DNA from: an uncultured Poribacteria bacterium
Lineage (GTDB): Bacteria > Poribacteria > WGA-4E > WGA-3G
Length of the DNA: 64,000 bases
Direction of reading: 5' to 3'
Assembly: GCA_958296135.2 (NCBI GenBank)
Contig: CATQHZ020000001.1
Span: 1,376,001-1,440,000 of the forward strand
Positions 1 to 9,726 of the stretch are shown here, piece after piece; position 1 is the first letter of the stretch, and each line of letters begins with the position of its first letter. The notes beneath the pieces are model-generated. The model had not been told where the DNA came from. It worked only from the letters and a program-made list of their open reading frames with translations, and did no database searches. A program made the position numbers and the translations under genes.

Positions 1-588
1 GATGAGGTAGTAGTCCCGCGATTTAAGCCCATATTCTTCAAGAACTTCCGGATGTTCCGACGGTTCGATGTTCGCGCCGTAGGCGATGTAAGTGGTTTCT
101 GCACCGAGTTCCTCAAGGTAGAGCCGCTTCATTTCATCGGCATCGGTGATAACGACCGGAAACGCGGCTGTCGCCATTTTTGCCGCCCACTTAAAGTAAA
201 TCGCGCCTAATCCCTTCCATTTCGGACGGAGCCATTCCATGCCATCGACGTTGATAACGGCGGGTTTCCCCGCGAGCCGAAAGAACCATCCGAAAGGACC
301 GTTGCCGGCATTCCATGTCAAGATAACGTCTGAGGGTGCCACCGAAGCGTGCAGCGTCGCTAAAAAACTGTGGCTGAGGGTGCTGAACATTTTATGTTCA
401 ATACTCGGCAGATAGACGAGTTTGATGCCCTGCCATTCCCGTGGCCGCTCTTTAAAGAGTGCTTTTCGGCAGTAGACGATGACTTCGTGGCCTGACTCTA
501 CCCAGCGCGGCGCGAGTTCACTCATGATGGTTTCTAGTCCACTATAGGTAGCGGGGAGCCCGCGAATGCCTAAGACGCGAATTCTCAT
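1..588 (-). CDS. GT4 glycosyltransferase with DUF1972-type N-terminus (partial, runs off left edge)
   Basis: Manual translation from ATG 588: MRIRVLGIRGLPATYSGLETIMSELAPRW...INVDGMEWLRPKW...IAYG, typical of DUF1972/GT4 proteins. Confidence 0.85.
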   Translation of the reverse strand, partial: MRIRVLGIRGLPATYSGLETIMSELAPRWVESGHEVIVYCRKALFKERPREWQGIKLVYLPSIEHKMFSTLSHSFLATLHASVAPSDVILTWNAGNGPFGWFFRLAGKPAVINVDGMEWLRPKWKGLGAIYFKWAAKMATAAFPVVITDADEMKRLYLEELGAETTYIAYGANIEPSEHPEVLEEYGLKSRDYYLI

Positions 589-833
589 ATTTTTGTATGT
601 CCTACCGGGTGCGTTTTCCTCTTTGTAGGTGAAGCTCGCCTGAGCTTTACCTGTTTGCGATGCGGCGCACTCATCGCAAACCACAGAGATGGGACTGAAT
701 CGCTCTGCAGGTTCGTGTTGTCTCTCAAAGCAGGTGCTGCTATATATTATACCCACTTTTGGGGCCAAAGTCAAATTTCCTTTGTCCGATAATGGGCCCT
801 TGGTGCGTAGCGTGGTTTTGCTCAGTCAGGCTT

Positions 834-1010
834 CGCGAGGGACAGTGGACATCTCTGCAGCGAGGCGGCAGAGATGACAACGTTAAAGTAAGTAAGGTAG
901 CGTGTTTACGCGGGGCGACACACGCACATTTTCTGTAGACGTGACCGTGTTTACGCGGGGCGACACACGCACTTTTTCTGTAGGCGTGACCGTGACGGCC
1001 CTCGCGCTAC
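834..1010. repeat. Extended GTAG-REP composite element containing a 45-bp tandem duplication (901-945, 946-990)
   Basis: GCGAGGGACAG...GGCCCTCGCGCTAC arms enclose an insert that recurs inverted at ~37405-37522 and ~40676-40800. Confidence 0.85.
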
Positions 1011-1083
1011 GTGCCAGAGGCGATGTTTGTTTCGCTCATTAGACGAACAATTCCCGTTAAATCTTCATTTAAATTGCTCGCGC

Positions 1084-2796
1084 CTACCAGAGGGGCTCAA
1101 ACCGATACAGCACACTCGCTTGGATTTCGTTGCCGCTTTCATGCGCGTCTCTGCGATTGCCGACGTTGCGCCGCCAAATCCGAGCCCACTCTGCATAGAG
1201 AGAATAGTGTCCGATCGAAACCCAGTTAACCCCCACTTTCAACCGATGCTCACTCTCCGTGATGCCCGATAATGGTGTCCACATGTCGTCGGCGGGTGCG
1301 TCCGCGGGGTGCCGTTTATTGATGTCGCCTGAACCGTGGCGTTCCCAATCGTATGTGAAAACGGATTCAAGTTTATCTGTCCACCGATGGCGCAGTTGCA
1401 CCCATAGGTTATCTGCATCGGTGCCGATGTGATGCCCAATAACAGACGTGAAATGTTTGTAAACGTTTACAGGATTTTCGTGTGTATACGCATATTGGTT
1501 GATAAAGGCGTATTCGGCGTGGAGATCTGTGTCGGCGATGCCGAGGGGCTCGGTGAGGTAGATGCCGCCGAGGATGCCGAACTTTGTGTCCCAATGCTTG
1601 AAACTCGCGAACGGGTCTCCATCGTCAAACATGAGTTCGCCGTATATCTCGAAATTGTCGACAAGTCTGAGTCGCATGTCGACACTAGCGAGGACATTAT
1701 CGCCGCTGCCGGGTGCGCGGCTATCGGCGCGCGAGATTGTCTGCTCGTTAATCAGATAGATGTTGATAGGGTTTAGATATCCCGGTTCAAAGCGGTTTCC
1801 GTAGACGACGACTTCGGAGAGTCCGAATCCAAACCGATTCCAGAAATACCCCTCCGCTCTGTGTCCTGAAATATATTTCTGGTTGATGTCCTCCGCCATA
1901 TCCTCCAACACGCCGGTGAATCCGGTGAACGTGACGTTTTTGTAAGTGGCTTGCAATTTGAGCATGTCCCAGGCGATTGGGTTTTCGGAGATGAGCAGGT
2001 TGCCGTGATAGCCAGGTCCCCATCGGAGATTATCTTGTCCGAGTTGCAATTCAAACCATGGCAAGTTGAACTTGAGGTAGCTATTCGTAGCTGCCCGATT
2101 TTTTAGTTGCCCTTCCAGTTGCCCTTCCAGTTGCCGATATTTTGATTCATCGGGGTAGATGTCGTTAAAAAAGTCGCCGTATAGCCACCGGTATGCCATA
2201 TCCGTGGTGAAGGCGAATTCCTCGCCGACTTGTCCGTAGAGTTGCGGTAACGGTGTGGTGACGAACATCGTTCCTTCAACCGGCGGTTCTCCTGATACAT
2301 TATCCACTAGTCGGGTGATTGTGCGTTGCTTCGCCCGTAAGTCAAAAGAGAACCGGTAGGAGTGCCTCCCTGGTCGCGAGTCCTCTTTTTTTTCTGGTTG
2401 CGGTTTCTCCTTTCCCGGTCGCGGTTTCTCCGAACTGAATGTCAGTAGGTGCATTTTTCGGTGGAAAGGCGTACCTGTGCCTGCTTCTGTGTAAAACGCT
2501 AAGAGTGCCTGCAGCCGCTTTGCGTCGTTGGTGCTCAGCGTTACTTCGCCGTTTTCCTGCTTCCGCGCTGCTTCTGTCAGGAGCGATGCCACCTGTTTCC
2601 GCGTGAGTGGCAGCGAACCGCGCGGCATGCCGGGCAACACCCTCTTATTAAGTAAACGATGAATAAAGCGATAGGTTTCACGATTAAAATCGGAGATATT
2701 GGGATTCAGCGGAACGTTGAGCATCGAGGCGGCTTCCGCAGCGGGTGAAGCCGCGAGACACACCGCGATGCAAACAATAAATAGGGAACGTAACAT
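1084..2796 (-). CDS. Capsule assembly Wzi-like outer-membrane protein
   Basis: Signal peptide; GQDNLRWGPG..LLISEN and GHR/GLSEVVVY motifs; aromatic C-terminus YRF. ORF track starts at 2811 (GTG); ATG 2796 preferred. Confidence 0.7.
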   Translation of the reverse strand: MLRSLFIVCIAVCLAASPAAEAASMLNVPLNPNISDFNRETYRFIHRLLNKRVLPGMPRGSLPLTRKQVASLLTEAARKQENGEVTLSTNDAKRLQALLAFYTEAGTGTPFHRKMHLLTFSSEKPRPGKEKPQPEKKEDSRPGRHSYRFSFDLRAKQRTITRLVDNVSGEPPVEGTMFVTTPLPQLYGQVGEEFAFTTDMAYRWLYGDFFNDIYPDESKYRQLEGQLEGQLKNRAATNSYLKFNLPWFELQLGQDNLRWGPGYHGNLLISENPIAWDMLKLQATYKNVTFTGFTGVLEDMAEDINQKYISGHRAEGYFWNRFGFGLSEVVVYGNRFEPGYLNPINIYLINEQTISRADSRAPGSGDNVLASVDMRLRLVDNFEIYGELMFDDGDPFASFKHWDTKFGILGGIYLTEPLGIADTDLHAEYAFINQYAYTHENPVNVYKHFTSVIGHHIGTDADNLWVQLRHRWTDKLESVFTYDWERHGSGDINKRHPADAPADDMWTPLSGITESEHRLKVGVNWVSIGHYSLYAEWARIWRRNVGNRRDAHESGNEIQASVLYRFEPLW

Positions 2797-2832
2797 CGTC
2801 TGTAGGAGCACTCTCCTGAGCGCGATTCCTCC

Positions 2833-4959
2833 TTATTTTAAAATTACCATCTGGCGCGTTGCTTTAACGTTGCCGGCGTGTAACGTGTAAAAGTAGATGC
2901 CGCTTGCGACAAGTTCTCCCGCGGCGTTACGGCCGTCCCAATGCGCGGCCTGGGCGCGAGAGCGATAGGTGCCAGCCGTTTGAAAACCGGCTGATAGCCG
3001 CCGGACAGATTCGCCCTTTAGTGTCCAGATGTGGATAGAAACTTCGGCATTTTCCGCCAAATCGTAAGGTATCCACGTCTCCGGGTTGAAAGGATTGGGA
3101 TAATTCGGCAAGAGTGTTGTCTTGGGAGGTGTCACCGTTGCTAACAGTTGTTCCAAGGCAGCAATGCCCTCGCGAAAGAGTGCAGAGCCATCATTGGCAG
3201 CATGTGCGTCCGACAGCCATGTTGCAACACAGGCTGCATGTTCTGGTTGAAGGGACATGGTGCTTGGAGGAGCCCCTGGATTGCTAGATTCTCCGAAATG
3301 TGAGGCTACGATGAGTAGATCGATGACATCAACGGTGCCGTCTTGATTCACGTCCGCTTTGGGATGTTCAAGTTTCTCCATGCCGGTGGACTCTTGAGTG
3401 ATAAGGAGCTCCTTAAGGTTTGATACCCGTCGCGGGTATGCTTTCCATAAACCGGTCTTCACGCCAAAATTGTTTGAGACGATGAGTAGATCTCGGATGT
3501 CAACCACTCCATCGTTGTTGATGTCCCACGGTAGGGTTTGCCTTAACCTCAGCGTATTCCCTGTCCCCGATGTTTGTCTCAGCAGGTACCCTACCGGCAA
3601 AGCTTCCTGCCATCCGGCGCGGCGTCTTTCGCTGAGGTGCGCGGCGAGTGCTGCATTTTCGGGGAGATGGACAAGGTTCTCGGTTCCATCTGAATCTGTC
3701 TCATAATTGTAAAGTTCTGTTTGCCCGTTCCCCCATTCAGTATATCGGTAGCGTTCAGTGCGGATGGAGAAACTTTTCTGCCCGTATTGGCTAAACGCAG
3801 CGGTTTTCCACGGGCGCGTCGGATTTTCAATGACAGGCACCATGCTGATGCCTTCGATTTCGGGCCGGAGCGGCAGTTCGCAGGCATCGGACAACGTTGG
3901 AAAGATGTCAACGAGTTCCACGATGGCCTCCGTTTTTGTATCCTGCGAGTGGCCGGGGATGCTTACAATCAACGGTGAACGAAGCGCGCTCTCGAAAAGG
4001 GTGTGCTTGCCCCACGCTCCATGTTCGCCCAGATGATAGCCGTGGTCGCCGCAGAAAACGGTAATTGTGTTATCTGTCAATCCGAGCGCGTCGAGTTGAT
4101 GTAAAACGCGTCCGACCTGGGTATCTACGTAACTCGTCGCGGCTGCATAGCCGCGCATTAAGGCTAAGGTTTGCTCTTCAGTGAACGGTTCTCCCGCCGC
4201 TGGCGTATCTGAGTAGATATGCATTTCATGCGCAGCGGGCAATCTGATGTCCGGCCGCGCTTCAAACGTTTGTGTCTCATACAAATCAAAGTATTTCCGC
4301 GGGACGTGATAGGGCAAGTGGGGTTTGTAGAAACCCACCGCTAGAAAAAATGGCCCCTCCCGAATTTCTGCCAAAACTTCAGATGCGTGTTTTGCAACTT
4401 GTCCATCGCGAAGTTCATCGTCGCCAACGTCAAGTGCTTGCCAAAGCGGTTTTCCGTTGGGTGCCCGATATCTGGGTGCCCAGTCTGGAATGCTCCAAGA
4501 GTAGCGATAGGCAGAAGGACCATGGGTGACTTTACCGATGGCGCGTGTGTGATAGCCGTGCGCCTTGAAATGTTGCGGGAGCGTGACAACGTCTGACAGT
4601 GCTTCACGAAAAATCTGGCGGTTATGCACAAAACCTGTCGTTTCTGGACGTAATCCGGTGAGCAGAGAGACACGCGATGGATTACAGACCGGAAACTGAC
4701 AATATGCTCGGTTAAAGAGCGTCCCTCGTCGCGCGAGGGCATCGATGTGCGGCGTGTGCATTTCCGAGTGGCCATAGCATCCCAACAACGGCCGCAGATC
4801 ATCCACCATGATGAACAACACGTTATATCGCCGTGCTGCGTGCGCGTTCAAGTTCGGCAGCAGTCCTGTCGTGAGAGCGGCGGCACCGGCTTTCAGGCTT
4901 GTTGAAAGGAAGTCGCGCCGAGTGAACAGGCGTTGCGATGAATTTGGGTTTGTCGACAT
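2833..4959 (-). CDS. Tat-exported sulfatase (iduronate-2-sulfatase-like S1) with dockerin and FlgD/T9SS-like C-terminal domain
   Basis: TRRDFL Tat motif; NVLFIMVDDLRP; CNPSR formylglycine motif; GFYKPH; DHGYHLGE; paired DINNDGVVD/DVNQDGTVD repeats; NYPNPFNPETWIPY tail. Confidence 0.9.
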   Translation of the reverse strand: MSTNPNSSQRLFTRRDFLSTSLKAGAAALTTGLLPNLNAHAARRYNVLFIMVDDLRPLLGCYGHSEMHTPHIDALARRGTLFNRAYCQFPVCNPSRVSLLTGLRPETTGFVHNRQIFREALSDVVTLPQHFKAHGYHTRAIGKVTHGPSAYRYSWSIPDWAPRYRAPNGKPLWQALDVGDDELRDGQVAKHASEVLAEIREGPFFLAVGFYKPHLPYHVPRKYFDLYETQTFEARPDIRLPAAHEMHIYSDTPAAGEPFTEEQTLALMRGYAAATSYVDTQVGRVLHQLDALGLTDNTITVFCGDHGYHLGEHGAWGKHTLFESALRSPLIVSIPGHSQDTKTEAIVELVDIFPTLSDACELPLRPEIEGISMVPVIENPTRPWKTAAFSQYGQKSFSIRTERYRYTEWGNGQTELYNYETDSDGTENLVHLPENAALAAHLSERRRAGWQEALPVGYLLRQTSGTGNTLRLRQTLPWDINNDGVVDIRDLLIVSNNFGVKTGLWKAYPRRVSNLKELLITQESTGMEKLEHPKADVNQDGTVDVIDLLIVASHFGESSNPGAPPSTMSLQPEHAACVATWLSDAHAANDGSALFREGIAALEQLLATVTPPKTTLLPNYPNPFNPETWIPYDLAENAEVSIHIWTLKGESVRRLSAGFQTAGTYRSRAQAAHWDGRNAAGELVASGIYFYTLHAGNVKATRQMVILK

Positions 4960-5000
4960 AGATGTTCGCCTCGCGCCATTAAGAGATTCGTTGAGTCCAA

Positions 5001-6620
5001 CTACCGTTCACCGAAATGCTTCGCGACCTTCACCAAGTCGCGGATATCGACAGTGCCGTCTTGATTCACGTCTTCGGGGATGGAGGCGCCGCCGGCTTCT
5101 CCAAATTTGTTGGAAACCTTCACCAAGTCGCGAATATCGACAACGCCATCGTTGTTCACATCTTCGGGTAGCGTTTGTGGGACAGGGACATGTTCCTGCG
5201 TTCCCGGTGTAGCCCTTTGCCAACCTGCCTTGAGTCTTTCGCTGAGATGCGCGACGAGTTCAGCGTTTTCTGGAAGCGGCGCGATGTTCCGAGTTTCGTG
5301 CGGATCGGTTTGATAATCGTAGAGTTCTTTACCTCTGCGTCCGTTGTTGCCCCATTCGGTGTAGCGGTATTGGGCTGTGCGGATGGAATGTCCGCTCCCG
5401 AATTGGCTAAAGGCGGCGGTTTTCCATGGCTGCATCGGATTTTCAAGCACAGGTTGCAAACTGATTCCCTCGCTTCCAAGCGGGGCTGGCAATTCACATA
5501 CATCAGATAACGTAGGGAAGATGTCGACGAGTTCTACAAGCGCGTCTGTTTCTGCACGGGCGGAGCCCGGGACACTCACAATCAAAGGGCACCGGAGGGA
5601 ACTTTCAAAAAGCGTTTGCTTTCCCCACATCCCTTGTTCTCCTAAATGATGCCCGTGGTCGCTGCAGAAGACGATGACGGTATTTTCCGTCAGTCCGAGT
5701 GCGTCTAGCTGCGTGAGGACGCGCCCAATCTGTGCATCCATGTAACTCGTCGCGGCTGCGTATGCGCGAATTAACGCCAGTGTCTGTTCATCTGAGAGAG
5801 GTGCCTTTCCCGAAGGCAGATCTGCGTAGTCTCGGATTGAGCTCCGAATTGCCAGTGCGCTGCTAGGGGCATCCTTAGGTGGAAGCGGAGAAGCAGGCAA
5901 ACTGAAATTCGCTGTGTCGTATAACTCAAAGTATTTCCTAGGTGCCTTGAGAGGGAAATGCGGTTTATAGAATCCGACTGCGAGAAAGAAGGGCTGGTTT
6001 TTCAGCGATGCCAGAACTTTGACTGCGCCTTTTGCGGTTTTCCCATCTCTGAGTGCGTCGTCAGGAACGTCTAGTGCCTGCCAAGAGGGTGTCGTTTGGA
6101 TGTCAAACGGTATCCAGAGTGGCCGCCAGGATGGCAGGCTCCACGAGTTGGCATCATCTTGTAGTTTAGGGAGATGCGCAATTCTACCGACAGATTGCGT
6201 GTGATATCCATTCGCTTTGAAATGCTGCGGGAGCGTGACCGAATCTGGCACTTTTGCGCGAAAATCGGCTGTGTTGTTCTTCACCCGCGTCGTCTCCGGG
6301 CGCAATCCTGTCAAAAAAGAGGTTCGCGAGGGACTGCAGAGCGGATACTGGCAATAGGCGCGATTGAATAGCGTCCCGCGCGCGGCGAGCCTATCAATGT
6401 TCGGCGTGTGCATCTCGGGGTGCCCATAGCAGCCGAGCATTGGCCGCAAATCATCAGCGATGATGAACAGGACGTTATATCGCCCGGCTGCCCTCGCATG
6501 CAGGCGCGGTAACAGCCCTGTCGTGAAGACAGCGGCACCGGCTCTCAGTCCGGTTGAGAGGAATTCGCGCCGAGTCAACGGGTTTTTTGTTTTGGTGAGT
6601 CGGATTCGGTTTTTATCCAT
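5001..6620 (-). CDS. Tat-exported sulfatase with C-terminal dockerin
   Basis: TRREFL; CSPSR; GFYKPH; DHGHHLGE; DVNNDGVVDIRDL and DVNQDGTVDIRDL repeats. Paralog of the adjacent gene. Confidence 0.9.
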   Translation of the reverse strand: MDKNRIRLTKTKNPLTRREFLSTGLRAGAAVFTTGLLPRLHARAAGRYNVLFIIADDLRPMLGCYGHPEMHTPNIDRLAARGTLFNRAYCQYPLCSPSRTSFLTGLRPETTRVKNNTADFRAKVPDSVTLPQHFKANGYHTQSVGRIAHLPKLQDDANSWSLPSWRPLWIPFDIQTTPSWQALDVPDDALRDGKTAKGAVKVLASLKNQPFFLAVGFYKPHFPLKAPRKYFELYDTANFSLPASPLPPKDAPSSALAIRSSIRDYADLPSGKAPLSDEQTLALIRAYAAATSYMDAQIGRVLTQLDALGLTENTVIVFCSDHGHHLGEQGMWGKQTLFESSLRCPLIVSVPGSARAETDALVELVDIFPTLSDVCELPAPLGSEGISLQPVLENPMQPWKTAAFSQFGSGHSIRTAQYRYTEWGNNGRRGKELYDYQTDPHETRNIAPLPENAELVAHLSERLKAGWQRATPGTQEHVPVPQTLPEDVNNDGVVDIRDLVKVSNKFGEAGGASIPEDVNQDGTVDIRDLVKVAKHFGER

Positions 6621-6656
6621 TGAGTAAATAGTTTTTTCGTGCCGCGGCCGTCGCCT

Positions 6657-7100
6657 TCATCTCTGCTCCGTGATGACTTTCGGTCTGAGACTTTCAATCT
6701 CAGCACGCAACTCAACATTCTCTTCGCGCTGCGTCTGCAACTCTTGGCGAGTGACGCGCTGCTCATCCCACGCTTTTTTGAGCACCATCCCCAAGACTGT
6801 CACGACTACCCCGAGCACCGTCACACACACACACGACACCGAGATAACCACGACGACGAGTGTCTTCATCCACCCTGTCAACTCGGTGAACTGTCCGTTC
6901 ATCGCGCGGATTTCCGCCGCCGTTGCTGTTTCCACCGCTGCCACTTTGACATCCACGTAGTCCTTGAGTGCCCCGGTCTGTTGTTCGTTTGCCGTGGTGA
7001 CAATCCTGGTAATCTGTTCATACTCGGCCACGGTGAGTTCGCCGAGTGCCGCCGGCGATACTACCAGCAGGATACCTATCAGAAACATTAGACTTCTCAT
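6657..7100 (-). CDS. Hypothetical membrane protein (signal peptide, TM helix, coiled coil)
   Basis: 147-aa ORF with AGGAG RBS, hydrophobic N-terminus, Val-rich TM segment and charged heptad tail. Confidence 0.65.
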   Translation of the reverse strand: MRSLMFLIGILLVVSPAALGELTVAEYEQITRIVTTANEQQTGALKDYVDVKVAAVETATAAEIRAMNGQFTELTGWMKTLVVVVISVSCVCVTVLGVVVTVLGMVLKKAWDEQRVTRQELQTQREENVELRAEIESLRPKVITEQR

Positions 7101-7348
7101 GGGGAGACTCCTTTCCCATGATGGGCAGCGGTTTCCATATCCACCGGTTCCACAGCGGGTGCCGTGAACAGGATACCGCGCCCATTCACTTGTTCACTTT
7201 CACGTTCCGGTCAGGCATGCTCTTTTTCAGAAGAATGTGTTAAAATAGAAATTCCCTCATCAAGCCAACACAGCGTCGAATAGTGAGGGTTCCAGGGTGG
7301 TGTTGCTGCACCACCATCTTGTCTTTTTTCTGAGTCGGCGAAGACATC

Positions 7349-8356
7349 CTAGCGATGGTATCCCAATTTCGCCAGAGTGTCATGGAAAATCGGCGCGAGT
7401 TTGGGATGCGCATCAAACGGTTCGCGCGGCGGCACTGGATGTAACGTCTCGCGCGCATAATCGAGAAACCGCGCATCCGCCGGCAGTTCACAGAAGTCAC
7501 ACAGTCGCGCAAGCGTTTCGCTGGGGCGCGATGTCAACTCCTCAAAATGCACGATGTGGACAGCATCGGGCGAGGACTCCATTACCCTGAGCCCCTCTCG
7601 CATTGTGACTATCCATTCTACCATAGCTCTGTCCAAATGTCGATCAAAATGTTTCATCTCGGCTGCGCATTCGGTGAAAAGCGGTTCTGGCTCAACGAGT
7701 TGTTCGACTAAGAGGTGCCACTTCCGGTCTTCCACACCCCACCAGTCATGCGCTTCGCCGTTGACGCGAACGCCCAACCGTTCCGACCAGGTTGCGATGG
7801 AGTGGCACGTATCCCAGCCGTTTCGCACGAGAAAGATAAACCGCGCGTCCGGAAAAAGGGCGCGCACGAAATCTACCCGAAAGATGAGTTCGGGATACTT
7901 GTCAACGACGCGCTGTGAGAACGTGCTTGCCAAGTATGCACCGAACAGCCGATGCGCGCGCTGTTTCATCTCATCTGTCGCATCCTTTGCCGTGAGACGA
8001 TACTTCGCCTCGGCACAGCTGTAGTTGCCGATGACATCTTCCTGCGGATGGATGAGGTGCCACATCGCCTTCGGTTCGTTCAGATACCCGACGTGCCGGT
8101 GCATCGAGAGCACGATGCCTAAAATCGTTGAGCCGCTCCGCCCGGTGCCTAAAATGAAAATCGGTTTTTCAACGGCGCGCTTCCAAAGCGCGCCTACCGG
8201 GGTGGTTACCGTTTTCAACAGCGAGAAGACGAGCGGGTTTATCCAACGTCCCTTTGTGGTGACAGGTCTGCCTTCAAAGAGCGCGTAACTCATCAGACGT
8301 GTCAGCACCTTTGTCGGGCGCGTTTTGATGTAAAGTGCATCCAGTTGTGCAATCAT
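7349..8356 (-). CDS. Sulfotransferase (Sulfotransfer_3-like)
   Basis: PIFILGTGRSGST 5'-PSB motif; FLVRNGWD 3'-PB; HFEEL. Start uncertain: ATG 8356 or TTG 8428 inside the tandem repeat. Confidence 0.85.
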   Translation of the reverse strand: MIAQLDALYIKTRPTKVLTRLMSYALFEGRPVTTKGRWINPLVFSLLKTVTTPVGALWKRAVEKPIFILGTGRSGSTILGIVLSMHRHVGYLNEPKAMWHLIHPQEDVIGNYSCAEAKYRLTAKDATDEMKQRAHRLFGAYLASTFSQRVVDKYPELIFRVDFVRALFPDARFIFLVRNGWDTCHSIATWSERLGVRVNGEAHDWWGVEDRKWHLLVEQLVEPEPLFTECAAEMKHFDRHLDRAMVEWIVTMREGLRVMESSPDAVHIVHFEELTSRPSETLARLCDFCELPADARFLDYARETLHPVPPREPFDAHPKLAPIFHDTLAKLGYHR

Positions 8357-8357
8357 A

Positions 8358-8461
8358 TTTTTTGTAGTGTCGCCAAGCGTTCGTTTTTTGTAGTGTCGCC
8401 AAGCGTTCGTTTTTTGTAGTGTCGCCAAGCGTTCGTTTTTTGTAGTGTCGCCAAGCGTTCG
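8358..8461. repeat. Perfect tandem repeat, 4 x 26 bp (TTTTTTGTAGTGTCGCCAAGCGTTCG)
   Basis: Read directly from the sequence; no spacers between units. Confidence 0.95.
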
Positions 8462-8557
8462 TTCAGTTTTCTCTTGGCAGGGTAATTGTCTCTCCGTATC
8501 TGCTTACGCGGGGTGTGCTTTCGCTAAGTTTTGCCCGATTGCGCCACGACGAAAATT

Positions 8558-9628
8558 TCAGAGTCGCCTTTTGAGGGTTTCACGGATGTTCTTCATCCTG
8601 TCTAGGTTACAGAGAAGTGCCATCGTTAATTTCATTGGAAACGAGAGGATATCAATCGCCAGTCTCACCGGATTTGGCCGGCGTGAGACGAGGGGATAGT
8701 TGTGTTTTTTCATTAACGGCGCGTTGAGTGCTTCGCACAGATAAATTTCTGCAGAACTTAGCTCGGGCTCGCCTGAGCCCGAACCCTTCTCCCAACTGTT
8801 TGCGCGCGCGGCATTGATGCCGAGCTGCGCCGGTTTATCCGCACCCGAAGAAGAACCGACTTGCGGCACCTGGAGCAAGGCTTCAGAATAAGCGATGCGG
8901 ACGAAATCACATATCTGCCGAACCGTCGCTTCGGGCTGCGCGAGGAGTTCCTCGAAATAAACGGACATCACCCTATCACTATCGGCAAACTTATCGGCGG
9001 CATTGATGGCGGTGTGCCAGATGCGGCTTATCGTGATCGGATGATAGTTAATCCAATCGCGGAGTGTCTCTTTGAGCGGCATATCGGTGCCTCCCAAAAA
9101 TCTGCGCTTCCACTTCCGTTTTTGCGATAAGAGGACATCGCGCGGGTCGCGAATCATGTTGATAACCTTCGCTTGTGGATAGTGCCGCAGGATATCCTCA
9201 AGGTAAAACACGTTGCGGGGTGTCTGATCGCACGGAATCGATTTTCCCTTCTGCGCTGTTTCACGGCAGAGAAAGGCTGAGAAAAGTGCAACCGGGGTCG
9301 CTGGATATTCAGACAACGCGCCTAGGAATGTTCGCGCCTCTTCTCGGAAACGCCGCGGGTTTCCGTGCGTGCGATATCCCTCGCGCTGGATGCAGAGCAG
9401 CTTCGCGGCGAGTTCGACTGCTTCCGGTTCATTCAATGATTCAGAGATACCCTTTTTTCGGGACCGGGAGGTTCCTCCTACTGCTTGCGATGCCCGCGAG
9501 GGAGAATATAACTGTCCGAAGAAGTGCAGCTCTCCGAACGTATGAACGTCTGGGTGGTTGCCAAGGATGCGTCCCATCATCGTTGTGCCGCTTCGGCTAT
9601 TGCCGACGACAAATAGTATCTTATCCAA
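8558..9628 (-). CDS. Sulfotransferase
   Basis: FVVGNSRSGTT; DQTPRN; IRDPRDV; YFEEL motifs. Confidence 0.88.
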   Translation of the reverse strand: MDKILFVVGNSRSGTTMMGRILGNHPDVHTFGELHFFGQLYSPSRASQAVGGTSRSRKKGISESLNEPEAVELAAKLLCIQREGYRTHGNPRRFREEARTFLGALSEYPATPVALFSAFLCRETAQKGKSIPCDQTPRNVFYLEDILRHYPQAKVINMIRDPRDVLLSQKRKWKRRFLGGTDMPLKETLRDWINYHPITISRIWHTAINAADKFADSDRVMSVYFEELLAQPEATVRQICDFVRIAYSEALLQVPQVGSSSGADKPAQLGINAARANSWEKGSGSGEPELSSAEIYLCEALNAPLMKKHNYPLVSRRPNPVRLAIDILSFPMKLTMALLCNLDRMKNIRETLKRRL

Positions 9629-9726
9629 ATTCTTCCCTTGTTTTGGGGCGTTGACTGTTTTTCGGTTCGGTTCGGTTGCGAGCGTGCGAGTGCCTGTCCC
9701 TCGCGCTACGTTTCTCGTGGCGTTTT

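Noticed and set aside
2106-2133. 12-bp in-frame tandem repeat (QLEGQLEGQL)
   Set aside because: Only two frame-preserving copies; likely neutral slippage.
8358-8461. Possible CRISPR array
   Set aside because: The units are contiguous with no spacers, and no cas genes are in the window.
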